Assembly: GCF_964204645.1 (NCBI RefSeq)
Contig: NC_134027.1
Location: forward strand, 20,608,560-20,672,559
Direction of reading: 5' to 3'
Origin: Tubulanus polymorphus
Lineage: Eukaryota; Animalia; Nemertea
Length of the DNA stretch: 64,000 bases
Shown: one piece after another, positions 23,684-36,894 of the stretch
Layout of the letters: every line of letters starts with the position of its first letter
Numbering within the stretch: the first letter of the stretch is position 1
The notes under the pieces: generated by a model
What the model saw: the letters and a program-made list of their open reading frames with translations, nothing else
Told to the model about the DNA's origin: nothing
The model's database searches: none
Made by a program: the position numbers and the translations under genes

Positions 23684-23903
23684 ATGTAGAGAGAAACCCA
23701 CAATTATAACGAAAAAGTCCGAAAATGAAACTTCGAGATAGTAGTTTATTTCAACGTTTCGACTATATCCTAATAGTCATCTTCAGGAATAATGAAGATG
23801 CTGAAGATGACTATAAGAATATAGTCGAAACGTTGAAATAAACTACTATCTTGAAGTTTCATTTTCGGACTTTTTCGTTATAATTGTGGGATTCTCTCTA
23901 CAT
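23684..23903. mobile_element. Inverted pair of Penelope-like terminal repeats, each with a minimal hammerhead ribozyme core
   Basis: ~103-bp inverted arms 23684-23786 and 23801-23903. Plus strand 23801-23835 reads CTGAAGA-T-GACTATA-AGAA-TATAGTC-GAAA-CGTTG; mirror copy on the minus strand. Confidence 0.65.
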
Positions 23904-23921
23904 GTGTTAATACCTTTCCAT

Positions 23922-24142
23922 AGGGGTGGATCCAAGAATTTTGAATAGGGGCCCAAAACATCCGATGCCTAATTGTATACACGTATATACTTGGTACACG
24001 ACCTCAAGCCTCTTACTGGGGTTTGAAAAGTTTGCGCGGTATCTGTAACTTTCTTAAGCCAGGTTTTGAAAATGTTATCTTGGCAAAAATAGGGGCCCGC
24101 TTAAGTGAACCACCCCCCCCCCCCTCCCTCGGATCCGCCCCA
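23922..24142. mobile_element. MITE with GGGG(C/T)GGATCC termini
   Basis: AGGGGTGGATCC...GGATCCGCCCC. Confidence 0.55.
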
Positions 24143-24759
24143 ATAAAATTGTCCTGTGTCTGTATTATACGATGGTTCATTTTCGAAGCTAAAACGTATC
24201 CGAAAAAGTCTAGAACACACGATGCGAAATATTAGATACATGTATATTCAAAATTGAAAACGATTTATGAATCCTGATTGAGTGTATGAATTCCCTGGAT
24301 ACTACGGCACGTTGTACAATGACACCAATCTGAATATTGATGTACCCAGTAAACTTACTCATGCGCGCGGACTGTAAATAGTTGACCGGATGACGAGTTG
24401 AGAATGTTTGAGTAAAACTCACTGGAATTGGGGCGGTTTACCGAGATGACCGGTACCGAGCCGGGTGTCAACTTTATTTCGATTGTTAGTTAAGTTTGCC
24501 CGTCTACATACCCTGCCAATCCCTCACCCAAGGAGGAGTGCGAGGGCAGTTTTTATTATATTGTATTTCTTCATTTCTTTACTTAATAAAGAACTGTTTT
24601 TTTATCTATGAATACGAATTTTTCAGTTTGTGTATTAAGTCAATCTGTACCAGCAGACTTAAGTTTAATGGAATTAAAAGTATTTTTATGTTAATATCTG
24701 TTTTGGTGAATTGTCAGCATTTCTGGAAACCAGGGCATATTCATCCTTGTTAGTTTTAC

Positions 24760-24791
24760 CAGGGAGGTGGGAGTGAACTCCCACCTCCCTG
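24760..24791. mobile_element. 32-bp hairpin micro-element with 7-bp TSD
   Basis: CAGGGAGGTGGGAGT-GA-ACTCCCACCTCCCTG flanked by GTTTTAC at 24753-24759 and 24792-24798. Confidence 0.65.
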
Positions 24792-27700
24792 GTTTTACCA
24801 ATGGAAGACACTTTTTCAAATTCATTTGTCATCCGTCTGAGTGCTGATACTCTCAATACTGTGCCCCTAGATTTAAGTTCAACCCCCTGACCTATGGTCA
24901 TCCAACCCGAGCTCCCATCCGATGGAGTCCTGAAGCACGGAAGTTCCTACCCCCTCTGATTGGGGATCCTCAGCCTTCCCTGGAGTCTCAAACTGTATCA
25001 TATATATTATGATAACCCTGATGGATACTAACTTTGAATTGGAACAATGAAGCCTAAAGATGCCAGTTTGAAGGGTCTTGAAAGTCGATCTACACTAAAT
25101 GTTACAAAAACAGTTATATAAAAATACTTTACAAACAGCATTACTTTAGCCAAAATAGCTACCTTAACGGATCAGTTTTAATTTCGCAAGACCGAGTTCT
25201 CAAACGACTCTGTTCAGTCAAAGCCCGGACCAAGTTCTGAACCCCGTCGAATATGGTCGAATATTTCAGTTCAAAAATGTTGGTTACCATCAGTCATTTC
25301 GGTATTAGCAATGCTAATACGGTACCTAAATCAGCTAATTGTGACTTAATATCTGAGATGAATGAATCTTATATCGGAAACGAGAGCGACAAAAAAATTC
25401 AAAATCTAAAATTGATTTTTCTCAGTTTAAATTAAAGTGCGAATAAAATATTTGACGGTTCGCCAGAAAGCCAGCGCTTTAGCAATAGTGTTGACTTAAA
25501 GCTAAAATACTGGTCTTAAAATGGGCGAAGCAGCATGAATACAAATGGAGGGGATTGTAAATTCTCGATAAGAAATTTTACGAATCCTTCAAAAAAATTA
25601 TTTCAAAACACATCTTATTGACTGAGTTAATGCCAGTATAACTAGAAACATCGTGTCGCTCCCATCGAGAGCGCGTAAAAGTCGGTAGCGACGGTCGCGT
25701 CTCGTGGCAGAAATAGAACACGCGACTCTTTGCGACTGAATCATTATGGATGTGTCTTTAGGCTGGTCGGTAGAGGCATTACATGACTGGGGTCCGTTCT
25801 GCTCGATAGCTGTTCCAGGACTGTTCATGTTAGTACTCGAATTGGGTAGTTTTGAAATCGGCACGTTTTTAACAGGTAATTGTTATAGATGACATTAAGT
25901 ACGTTGTTTCATAACTAGATTTAGAATTTTTAAATCTAACGGTTTATTTTCAGGTTTATTGGGCGTGATACCGTTAGACGCGCAAACGATTGTCTTTCAA
26001 ATTGAAGGAATTTCGTATATGGTGAGACACAGTATACGTTTGATTTCGGAAATCTCTTAAATACATATCACTTTAACGTAATCATTCCAATTTCAATATC
26101 TGATCATTATCACAGATACCGTTAGGATTGTCGATTGCTGCTAATATGCGGATAGGCCAATTCCTGGGAAGCGGCGATGCGATCGGAGCGAAGCGCTCAG
26201 GTTTGACTTGCATCGCAATCGGAGGTATGTGCACAAATGAATATTGTTTTGGCTAAAATATCTTTTCCATCCCGGATATCTATATGTCTATTTACTGTTT
26301 TAGTTTGCGGGGCTGCCATTATGAGTGTTCTATTAGCAACGTTACGCGAATACTTACCGATGATATTCACTGATGATAGGTTTGCAATTTTAAAGACTCC
26401 ATCGTAACCGTTCATCGTAATGACGGACAAACTTATTCGTTAAAAAGACGATATTCTGATTTTGTTGAATTTTTGCAGTGCTGTGATCAGCTACGCGGCA
26501 GATTTGCTTCCAATCCTGGCTACGTATATGTTATTCAACTGTATTCAGGTATGATTTGTATATTCTGAGTCCACAAGCAACAGGTCCAACTTTAATTCTG
26601 AAAAGTAACAATTTTGTTCACCATCTAACGCTCTCTACTAGAAAATAAAACGTTATTGCATCTAAAGTAAATCATGAAATATGAATTTGTATAGTAGTCA
26701 GCCAGCCAACCTTAAAAAACTATCCTAAAATTCGACGATCACGGCATTTTTTGTTACAGCTTGGCATCTGGGCTCATTTGATAGCAGAGTTTGTGGGCTA
26801 TCATGTGTGGTGGATGCCTTTTACAATTTTTTCGTTTTTTGGCCTACAGGGGGCGTTAAAGTCAGACATTTTGAAATTAAAACATCTTCATTTTCATTCG
26901 TCAAGGAAATACACTTTAAACTACTTTTGCTAAATAATTCGAATATCTCATCTTGGGTTTGGAGTAATTTTACAATCTAAACCTTTTCTGAGTTGGGGGA
27001 TTGCATCGCATATAGCGCAACGTTAATTTTATGCATACATTCATTTGTTACCTAGTTACAGCAGCAACAATCGTGTAATATTCACTTGAAAATAGCAATT
27101 TCATATGAAATATTCATTTTAAAGGTTATTAGCTCAAATAGTGATGTTGTTAATGTTTTTTATTGATTATTTTGATATTTCTTTAAACTTACTTATAACT
27201 CGTATGTACTTGGTCAATATCGGGATTAACTGTTTATTGGTTTCTATGGTAACAGCAATTCAAATCTGCGTTCTTCATCCGTCAGGTACCGGTATTTTGG
27301 GCGTTGGGTCTTTTGTGACATTCCAAATGTTCTCAAACTTGCCTAAAGTCTTCGGCCATGTATTGGGCCGCTTATTACTACGTCTTGCTAACAATTGAAT
27401 TGCAACAATGGTAACCATTGTTGCAATTGCAGAAAAATCGGGTAATTTGTCCACATTCTTGACGTAACCAATGGATTAATTGAGGATGTGTTTATCTAAA
27501 ACCATATCTAATCTTTTTTCTTTAAAATTTTAAAATCATTCCATGTTCGTTCACGAGTAAATTATAACTAAACGTTGTCACCATGGTAACCATAAATTAT
27601 ATGCATTTATTTGAAAAAATTCTTTTTTTCCCATAAGATTTTCTCCCATATCTTTTGAACCCTTTCACCGAATTTGTCGAATGAAAGCTCATTTTTGAGG

Positions 27701-27799
27701 CAATTCCTTGAATTTTCCTTACTTCTAGGGCATGACATTAATCATCCTAACGTTGGAGTGTCTTGAATGATTTTTGTCAGGATATATGCTGTTCAGTGA

Positions 27800-28350
27800 A
27801 AATGATTGTCTTTCGAATATCGTGTAAATTGTTAGCATCCATATAAGCGGTTATTCGAGCAGCGTCAACACGCTCCAGTACCTTGGAGATAAACGGGAGG
27901 TTACTGACTGGACGGTAGTTTTTGAGCTCTGTTTTTTATCAACGCAGTCTTCATAGACACGGGAACGTATCCTTCCAACAACGATCTGTTAATAATGTCC
28001 AAATAGAGAGGAATGATGGCAGGTAGGATGGCTTTCAGCATCCAAGTAGGCAAAGCATCAAGCTCACATGACTAACTTGGCGATTTCCCTATTATTGATA
28101 TAAGCTCTTTCTCCAAGACTGGCTCAAATTCCGCTAGCTCACAATCTCCAAAATGCATCGTTTCAGGACCCAAACACGAGTCTGGGAAAGATAGTCTAAT
28201 CCTCTCAACTTTGTCAGCAAAGAAAGTTGCAAATCTATTTGCACCTTCTTCCCAATCATCACTATCTGGCAGCTTTCTACTAACATCTTTCAGAAGAAGT
28301 TCATCAAACACTTTCTGCATAGCTTTTCCATCCGAACCCTGCATCACTAA
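27800..28350 (-). mobile_element. Decayed non-LTR retrotransposon RT fragment (L2/CR1-like)
   Basis: Minus-strand peptide FATFFADKVERIR..KSPS*SCELDALPTWMLK..IINRSL..LKNYRPVSNLPFISKVLER, with a stop and frameshift. Confidence 0.8.
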
Positions 28351-28712
28351 TCCTGGTATTGTAGTACTGCCTCTTGGAATGCTTTATAAGAATATTATAA
28401 TGCAATTTGGCAGTATGGAAAATTTCGGGCTAAAGTATTTTTACAAGACGAGGTAGATAATTTTCAACAAAATGGTACATTCAGTCGTTCCTAGTTCCAT
28501 AAAAGCAAGAAAGGGCACTTTGAGTCCCTATCAATAAAAAAGTAGAAAGATGCATTACAACGTCATATAGCCCGTGCAAACTATCAAGCAAAAATGCATG
28601 TTCAGCATGTCCTGAATTGGTTTCTTGTAAATGCAAGACTGATTGCAGCCGCGCCAACTGTAAATGCAGAAAGAATCTGGCTGTTGCCACGAAAACTGCC
28701 TACATAATGATA

Positions 28713-29869
28713 AACTAGGGGTCCAGGGACACCATGCCCCCAAGGGAAGTGGTTCCAAATGCTCAACAATCTGCAATTTCAATATTCCCCCTGGTGACCA
28801 TATGCAAAAACCAATGACCTTGAAACTCAATACAATCATAAAACATGTCAGCAGCTACGATTTTGTAATTGATTGTGATAACAAAATATGCCTCGTTCCC
28901 AATTTAATATGGAAATACTAAGTTATTCTACTATTCAACGCCCCCTGGTGACCGTATTCGAAACCCAATGACCTTGAAACTCACCACAATCATAGAACAT
29001 GTCACGAACTATAACTTTGTAATTGATCATGGTAACAAAATATGCCTAGGTACCAATATAATAAGGAGATACTAAGTTATTCTACTATTTAACGCCCCCT
29101 GGTGACCATACAGAATAACTAATGGCCTTAAAACTTGCGACAATCATAGATGATGTCATGAGCTACAACTTTGCAATTGATTGTGGTTACAAAATATGCA
29201 TTGATACAAATATAATATAGAAATACTAAGATATTGTATTATTCAACGCTCCCTGGTGGCTATATACAAAAACCAATGACCTTGAAACTCACCACAATCA
29301 TAGAACAGGTTATGAGCTACAAGTTACTAATTGATTGTGGTAACAAAATACGCTTAGGTATCAATATAATGTGGAAAAACTTTTCCCACCTACGAATGAG
29401 TACTGATGACACCAAAATGGCCGCCAATTGCGTCATAATTGGCTGATCAAAAAATACCTGTCTCCGGTATAAAACATCCCTTTTCAAAGAATACCCATCA
29501 CAAATTGCAATGAGAAATGGCAAACCAGTAGGGAGCTACAGCACTCAGAATTCGGGCCAAAATTTACATTTTTGGGCACTAAAAAGGTCATAGGACGGTC
29601 ATCTTGAGTCCGATCGACCCAATTTTTGTTATGCTGATGGGCCCTGGGGGGATTCACATATATCCGAAAGATCAAGGTAATTGATCAAAGCGTCTTCAAA
29701 ATTTCCCTCAAAAAGTTCAAAAATGTGTAAAAAGTGTTGATTTTAGCGAACAACAATGGCTGACAGTCGGCCATCTTGATTCTGACAGGGCCAGTTTTTG
29801 GGCTGAAAAGTAGTCACGAAAAGTGAACGCAATAGCCCGCTGGGACTAAAGTCCCAAGTGGGCTAAAAA
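28713..29869 (-). mobile_element. HINE family A, nested in the long-TIR element
   Basis: Reverse-complement copy with both family-A termini and an internal deletion near the 5' end. Confidence 0.85.
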
Positions 29870-31262
29870 GTAAATTGCAGTTAAGGGAATATTAGTTTAA
29901 CTAAAGGTTAACTAGTATCATCCCCTAGAAGTAAGGAAAATTCAAGGAATTGCCTCAAAAATGAGCTTTCATTCGACAAATTCGGTGAAAGGGTTCAAAA
30001 GATATGGGAGAAAATCTTATGGGAAAAAAAGAATTTTTTCAAATAAATGCATATAATTTATGGTTACCATGGTGACAACGTTTAGTTATAATTTACTCGT
30101 GAACGAATATGGAATGATTTTAAAATTTTAAAGAAAAAAGATTAAATATGGTTTTAGATAAACACATCCTCAATTAATCCATTGGTTACGTCAAGAATGT
30201 GGACAAATTACCCGATTTTTCTGCAATTGCAACAATGGTTACCATTGTTGCAATTCAATTGTTAGCAAGACGTAGTAATAAGCGGCCCAATACATGGCCG
30301 AAGACTTTAGGCAAGTTTGAGAACATTTGGAATGTCACAAAAGACCCAACGCCCAAAATACCGGTACCTGACGGATGAAGAACGCAGATTTGAATTGCTG
30401 TTACCATAGAAACCAATAAACAGTTAATCCCGATATTGACCAAGTACATACGAGTTATAAGTAAGTTTAAAGAAATATCAAAATAATCAATAAAAAACAT
30501 TAACAACATCACTATTTGAGCTAATAACCTTTAAAATGAATATTTCATATGAAATTGCTATTTTAAAGTGAATATTACACGATTGTTGCTGCTGTAACTA
30601 GGTAACAAATGAATGTATGCATAAAATTAACGTTGCGCTATATGCGCTGCAATCCCCCAACTCAGAAAAGGTTTAGATTGTAAAATTACTCCAAACCCAA
30701 GATGAGATATTCGAATTATTTAGCAAAAGTAGTTTAAAGTGTATTTCCTTGACGAATGAAAATGAAGATGTTTTAATTTCAAAATGTCTGACTTTAACGC
30801 CCCCTGTAGGCCAAAAAACGAAAAAATTGTAAAAGGCATCCACCACACATGATAGCCCACATACTCTGCTATCAAATGAGCCCAGATGCCAAGCTGTAAC
30901 AAAAAATGCCGTGATCGTCGAATTTTCCATGATTGGCTGGCTGACTATAGGGTGTGTGTGCTGGTATTCTGCGCGGTTGTGGACGTCAGTTTATAGGAGC
31001 AATTTTCGTATTCGTTGCCTACTTTATAATTGCGCTACCAATAGGTATACCGGTCATGTTCCTCACTGGACTCGAGGCACAAGGTAAGAATGACTGACTT
31101 TAACATTGCAGAGAATACTTTTTTTGTTGTAGCTATTCAGTGAATATTTCTAAAATCATGGTCATCATCTTCAGGATTTTGGTGGGGTTCAACAATCGGC
31201 CTGTTCGTAGAATCCCTATCTTTCCTGATATTGTTCTTCAGAAGGTAGATAAAGCTTACTTG

Positions 31263-31405
<143 letters not shown>

Positions 31406-32915
31406 TCTCCGATTCAATAATATTTCAGGCTCAAAAACATGTTGGGCTTTCGGAAAGCTCAGACAACCTGAAGCCATCAGATGAAAAAGTGGCTAAACCT
31501 CCTAATCCCTGCGCTGAGCAGTTGGTACGATCTGATCCCGAAATCGGCGGATACACAAGCGCCGGATACGCCAGCACTGGATACGCATCAAGTACCGGAT
31601 ACACAAGCACAGACTATCAAACAGATACAGAAAAAACTGGTAACTTATTTTTCATTTCATTAATCTATCTCGGCTCCGAAATTGCATACACGCGTATCTA
31701 TACCTATAGAACTGGTTCCTCACGAGATCAAAACAAAACGAAAACGTTGCGGAAAGGGAAACAATACACATCTCCTTGAGCAGGAAGTCAGCAAAATATT
31801 GAAATCGCTCCACAATCTACAGGGAAAATCTCGATCCGAGAACTTCTATTTCGGCGTGGTCTTACACTCGCCTTTTGCCTGTTCGTGTTGGTAATTGGAA
31901 TATATTTGAGGTTCGTGTTCGTAGTCAATATACCTGACGCGGATTGTTTCAATGTTGTTAAAAACGAAACTTGATCTCATTGTATATAAAACATATCCTT
32001 ATCCGGGAAACTGTGTGTAAATAAGATTGTAACTAAAATTCAACGACTCGTCATTTTTATACAACCATCATTTCGTTTCATCATATAATGTACGTATACC
32101 AATTCTAGTAGTCTTCACGTGAATTAGATATTGTTACATTAGAAGTGTATACGGCCATGTCTTATCTATTTACTGATAATCTGATTCTGTCTGGTTAGAA
32201 CTATAACTGTGTAATAAACTCAATCTTCACTTCAAATTTGTTTTTCCTGCCAGGATTTGAAAACAATATTGATGGTCTATTTTAAGATTTGTATGACTGT
32301 TGATAATGATACGTTGAATCTATGAACTCGTGGACTGTAACTTCATTCCTTTAAAGGTGGGTTGAGTGACGGTGTTGACTTCGGATCATGATACATACGT
32401 CCCCTTTGGTGATAGGAAAAGATTACAGGTCACTGGTTGCAGAATTATGGTTGAAAATAGGATTTTCAGTAATGGCGGCAGTGGCAATTTTTGAAAAACC
32501 GCCATATTTCAAATGGAATGGGTGATCCCAATTGTGTCTTTGGATTACTTTTTTTCTATCACCCTAAGGAAAAACCATGCCACCTTTGTATGATGACTTC
32601 AGAAGTCAGAAGTCACTTAACCCCACCCACTATTTCATTGAAGGATATGTATTGTTTTATCTTGAGGAATAACAAACCGGCTCGGGCTTTAGAATAAATT
32701 GTGACTTCAATTTCACTATCAGAATGAAGTTCAATCTCAAACTTGAGACTTTTGTACGTAAACAGGAACTGCTAAAACCCTTAACCTCCGAGCCAGAGGA
32801 AATCGATTTCAATGTCTTTTTGACCAGTTTTGATTTCACCTAAATTATTTTTGAGAGTCCTGATGTGATTCTTTTTGGATTTCAGCACTAACGTACGTGA
32901 TCGAAAAAATTATCG

Positions 32916-33893
32916 TTATACTTTTCCACAGCGTAACAACAACTTCATTTGTTCTTTAAAGTTTCTACTGTACACGTAATAAAATATGCCGTTTACAGCC
33001 GAATTCAGGGCTTGAAAAGTCTCATTCAAAAGTAACACCCGCCAGGTTATAGACCATGGAAAAATATATTTCAAAACACTGTATAAAATTTCAGGGGTAA
33101 GTGACACCATGAATATAGCTGATGCGACAAATACCATTCTATGAGCCGTTACATCTTTATTTAGTTTACCTGCATCGGTCAATTGTTTCCTATTTTCTGC
33201 GTGGATTTGTAATTTTATTATCATAACCATATTCAGTAGTGGTATGAGAGCGAAAGGAAAATATGACGAGAAAATAGAAATAAACAAAGACGAATATTTA
33301 TGAGTTTTGTAAACTACTTGGGCATTGAGGACAGTGAGGCCGTACGTGCAGCTTCGTTTTGAATATCCAACACGTCGGTCCAGATGGTGATATGCAGATG
33401 CTCCACTCCAAATGAGGATCCCAACGGCTGAAAATACATAACAATGATTCAAATTCCAATATCTCTTCGCTATTAGTGGGAAGCAAATGTGAAATGCTCG
33501 ATCAAACGTCACTAGTAAGGTCAAACTGTTGCGAATGTAGGATCCCCATCTTGAAAGGAAATTACCCGATATATAAAGCTCAGGAGCTCCCAAATTGATG
33601 CTTAAATAGAGCGCAATCTTTCCATAGCGAATAAGTTTCAAAACCCAAGTAAAATAGTTATAAACAATGATCGCGATGCAACAGACAATATCAGAAACAG
33701 CAAGCAACAATAAGATGAAATGTGACGTGGCGGAACTATTCATTTTATGTAGTCGATATAACACAACTAGAGTAAGTGAGTTTGTTATGAGACCGAACCA
33801 TGCGACCGGTCCTATCACCGTTACTGCTACAAGATTCCAAACTACGTCAATATGAGACAAGCATTTGTTCACGATTGTGGCGTTAACCACCAT
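32916..33893 (-). CDS. Intronless rhodopsin-class GPCR (FMRFamide-receptor-like / chemoreceptor-like), ~325 aa
   Basis: Seven hydrophobic segments; GLITN (TM1), LAVSD (TM2), FDRA (TM3), FPFALIPLLN (TM5), SLTP (TM6), NSAVNGIFY (TM7), helix 8 SRNFK. First ATG is at 33893; the track start at 33953 is GTG. Confidence 0.85.
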   Translation of the reverse strand: MVVNATIVNKCLSHIDVVWNLVAVTVIGPVAWFGLITNSLTLVVLYRLHKMNSSATSHFILLLLAVSDIVCCIAIIVYNYFTWVLKLIRYGKIALYLSINLGAPELYISGNFLSRWGSYIRNSLTLLVTFDRAFHICFPLIAKRYWNLNHCYVFSAVGILIWSGASAYHHLDRRVGYSKRSCTYGLTVLNAQVVYKTHKYSSLFISIFSSYFPFALIPLLNMVMIIKLQIHAENRKQLTDAGKLNKDVTAHRMVFVASAIFMVSLTPEILYSVLKYIFPWSITWRVLLLNETFQALNSAVNGIFYYVYSRNFKEQMKLLLRCGKV

Positions 33894-34699
33894 CGCTAAT
33901 AGAATGTGATGCAATAAGATGTACGTTTTGATACTGCGCACTAGACAAATCACAGCAGAAGAACGCGCCTTGGATTCTGAAATATTTTACGTATATAGTC
34001 TAAAACGCCGTATCGTTCGTAATGATATATTATTAGACAGCGCAGTGTTCTTACGAAACAGAGTGCGGGCATTCAGGATTTCATGTATGGATCAACATTC
34101 TTATCACAAGTCTCCTGAATACACAAATATTTTCTTTGTTTTTCACTCAATCCAAGATCATCGGAAAAATGAGAAATCTAATTGAATTATATTCGCGTTT
34201 TTATCAGTGATCTTAAGTTTCCGGCCGATAAATGATAGGCACAGAATATGGGAAATGGTAGAAAATGTATTGGTTGGTATTGGTTCATTGTTAAAAATGA
34301 ACCAGGGGAAGAATAGTTGTCATAGTATTGATATTGTCAGGTTGTGATCATCTCATTCAAAGAAGGCATTTACCAGAAGCATTCACTACCGAGTCATATC
34401 TAAGAACATAAATAGAAACATCCTTGAAGAATTTATTAAGATGTTAGAATATACATTTAGAAAGTTTCGCTTTGGTTATGTTATTGAGTGCACACATACT
34501 GATAATGACTTCAATAATGTTATTTATTCTAACGGGGAATCGACGAAAAATATTGCTGCAATAAAACTTACGAATTAGGATCTTTCAAACAGTATCACTA
34601 AGTTTCCTTCCCAAATGACGGGATTTTCAGTTCATAATACACGAACATGATATACGTAGCATAAAGTTATCAAACTAACAAATAGTAGAAAGGGGTATT

Positions 34700-34750
34700 T
34701 GATCGAAAAATGAGAAATAATTCTCATGTTCTTCCACAGCGTAACAACAA
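34700..34750 (-). pseudogene. 3'-end remnant of a tandem GPCR paralog
   Basis: 34750-34724 encodes LLLRCGRT* versus LLLRCGKV* of the intact GPCR; TGATCGAAAAA is also shared in the 3' flank. Confidence 0.7.
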
Positions 34751-36894
34751 TTTATATACTGATCCACCGTTTAAGAACGGCATGGCTGGTCAACGGATTG
34801 AGAACCGTATTTCCGTCATTATACGGTACACTTTACGGGCCAGACCAGAAACAGATCCGTTTTATAACGGTAGAGATTCGTAAATAGACGTTTGTAAAAC
34901 CGCTCCCAAACGGTGTGAAATCCTCAAATACTTGACCCGAGAGTTCGTCCTTCCAGGGTTCGAACCTATATACTACTCCAGTTGCTGAAACCTGGCTCGC
35001 GTGACGGTGCTTGCCAATTACCACTGAACATGTATGCAGCACAGGCAATCCTGTCTCAATCAAATGAGATACGAAAACATAAAAGATGTAATATAATGGA
35101 AATATATTTTCCAGGTGTTTCTACCCATTGAATTATATACATAAGATCACATTTCTCAATTTCACAATATCTTAATATTTGCCCTCATTACTTGTCTCAA
35201 AAGATGTCGTCAAAAAATCCATCAATATTTGACTGAGGAAAATATCATTTGATTACTATTCATGACTTTAATTATAGGTACATGATTATTTGATAGAGAA
35301 AAATTGGCTCTAAACAAATTAATCTTTAAAACTATTATTCATGCGATAAAATAAAGTAAAGCTTTGGCTACTTTGGTTTGAAACTTAGCACTAAAAAAAT
35401 CCAGCTTAAAGCATAATCAGCACCGACTGTCCATCTGTACTGTTTGATTCAACAACATAAAATTCATTTTTCAAAATGTAATTATTCAGAAACACTATAT
35501 TTGATCAAAATGAAGCAGATTACTTTCCTTAATACATGTACACTGTATCAAGTTTTATGGTCTCATGTATGCCTTGAAAAATCAAGCAGATAACATAGAA
35601 AATATTCAAAGTATTTTGAGTACAACTCAATATAGATGCTAGATTGGGTAAATAACCTTTTACATAATGGCAAAATACCATGAATGAAATATATGATTGT
35701 ATGATAGTTTAGAACCACCATTCTATAAACTTGATTGGTATTACATCTGCTGATGCCCAAGCTAGGCAGCCTTGGATTTATACATCCTTCTGGGTCGTAT
35801 CAAACAATGAAACGCGTAATGAAATACTGGCTATTTGCACAGTTTCTTTTTACTTCTGGATAGTAGTTCAAACCGAAGTACCGGTACACGCATCCTCGCC
35901 TGCCAGGGGTCCTGTATCACCCGCGAACTCGCTTCCACCCCCTGGACTCACGACGCGTGATTTCATTACTGGCGCTTTTGCACATGACGTCATGTATCAA
36001 CTTGCGAAATAGTTCCTTGTTCGCCCAAAGTTCGCTGATTGGTCCATTTAACGGGAATTCCAACAGAAGCCTCATGTCATTTGTTATCGGTATGACCGGA
36101 TTCTGGTCGGCCATTTATATACCAACGACTCGCGACGTGAACCGTGATGATGTACTGCTTACTATCGATGTTGTTTACTGTAACAGAGAAAATGCAAAAA
36201 GTACATGATCTTAAATTTAATTGCCACCCAGTGATGGTCTAATGGTGAAAGCATTGTCACTAACCCAAGGGCAGTTCTGGGTTAACTGCAAGATCCTGGG
36301 CATAGGTGTATAGGCCTACCTATTCTTCTTGTTCCCATAACGATTTTGACAGTGAACAATAGCAAGGGAACAATGTCCAAGGATCATGACATCAAAATGA
36401 CACTGTCCAACCGACAGGCAAAGCCAAATTTGTATTATTTTTAGTTCTTCGATAAGTTCATGGGCCGTTTTGGTATCAAACAAACACACTCACATTGTAC
36501 TTCAATGATTCCACTGCATCAAACAATAAATCATGGTTTAAAAAGCAATTTACCTGCTAAAAGTTTGCCGTCATCCTCAGTGCCGAATGGTACCCGCCAT
36601 TTTGAAATTGCGGTGTGAAACGCGAAAAAACCATCAAATGACGATTATTACACCGTGCTAAACCGGCAACAACCGCCCATAGACGGTTCCATACGCGTCT
36701 CTAATTTTAGGTCGGGACGAAAAACGTTGTTCAAAGGCATCACCGATTATAAACGGTTTCATACGTCTATTCACGGATTGGACGGTTCCAAAACCGTATA
36801 TTGACTGAAATTAAGTCGTATGAAAGGTACGACCTGTTCATTGCCGTATAATAGCGGAAAACGCCGTTAATTGACGACTTTCTCCGTTATCAGA
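34751..36894. mobile_element. Truncated DNA transposon (CACTGTAAAAA terminus; EnSpm/CACTA-like)
   Basis: Right end TTTTTACAGTG. ACGG/CCGT-rich subterminal regions 34760-34920 and 36650-36890 are diverged inverted copies. Left terminus missing. Contains a family-B MITE at 35891-36140. Confidence 0.5.

Larger units (their letters stand above)
26695..30947. mobile_element. Non-autonomous DNA transposon with ~1.03-kb TIRs (Academ-like)
   Basis: Near-identical inverted arms 26695-27730 and 29923-30947; termini TAGTCAGCCAGCCAA/TTGGCTGGCTGACTA; 3-bp TSD TAG. Interior holds an RT fragment and a HINE. Confidence 0.8.

Noticed and set aside
27141-27398. Identical 85-aa ORFs on opposite strands (also 30255-30512)
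   Set aside because: Product of the inverted transposon arms; no domain signal.
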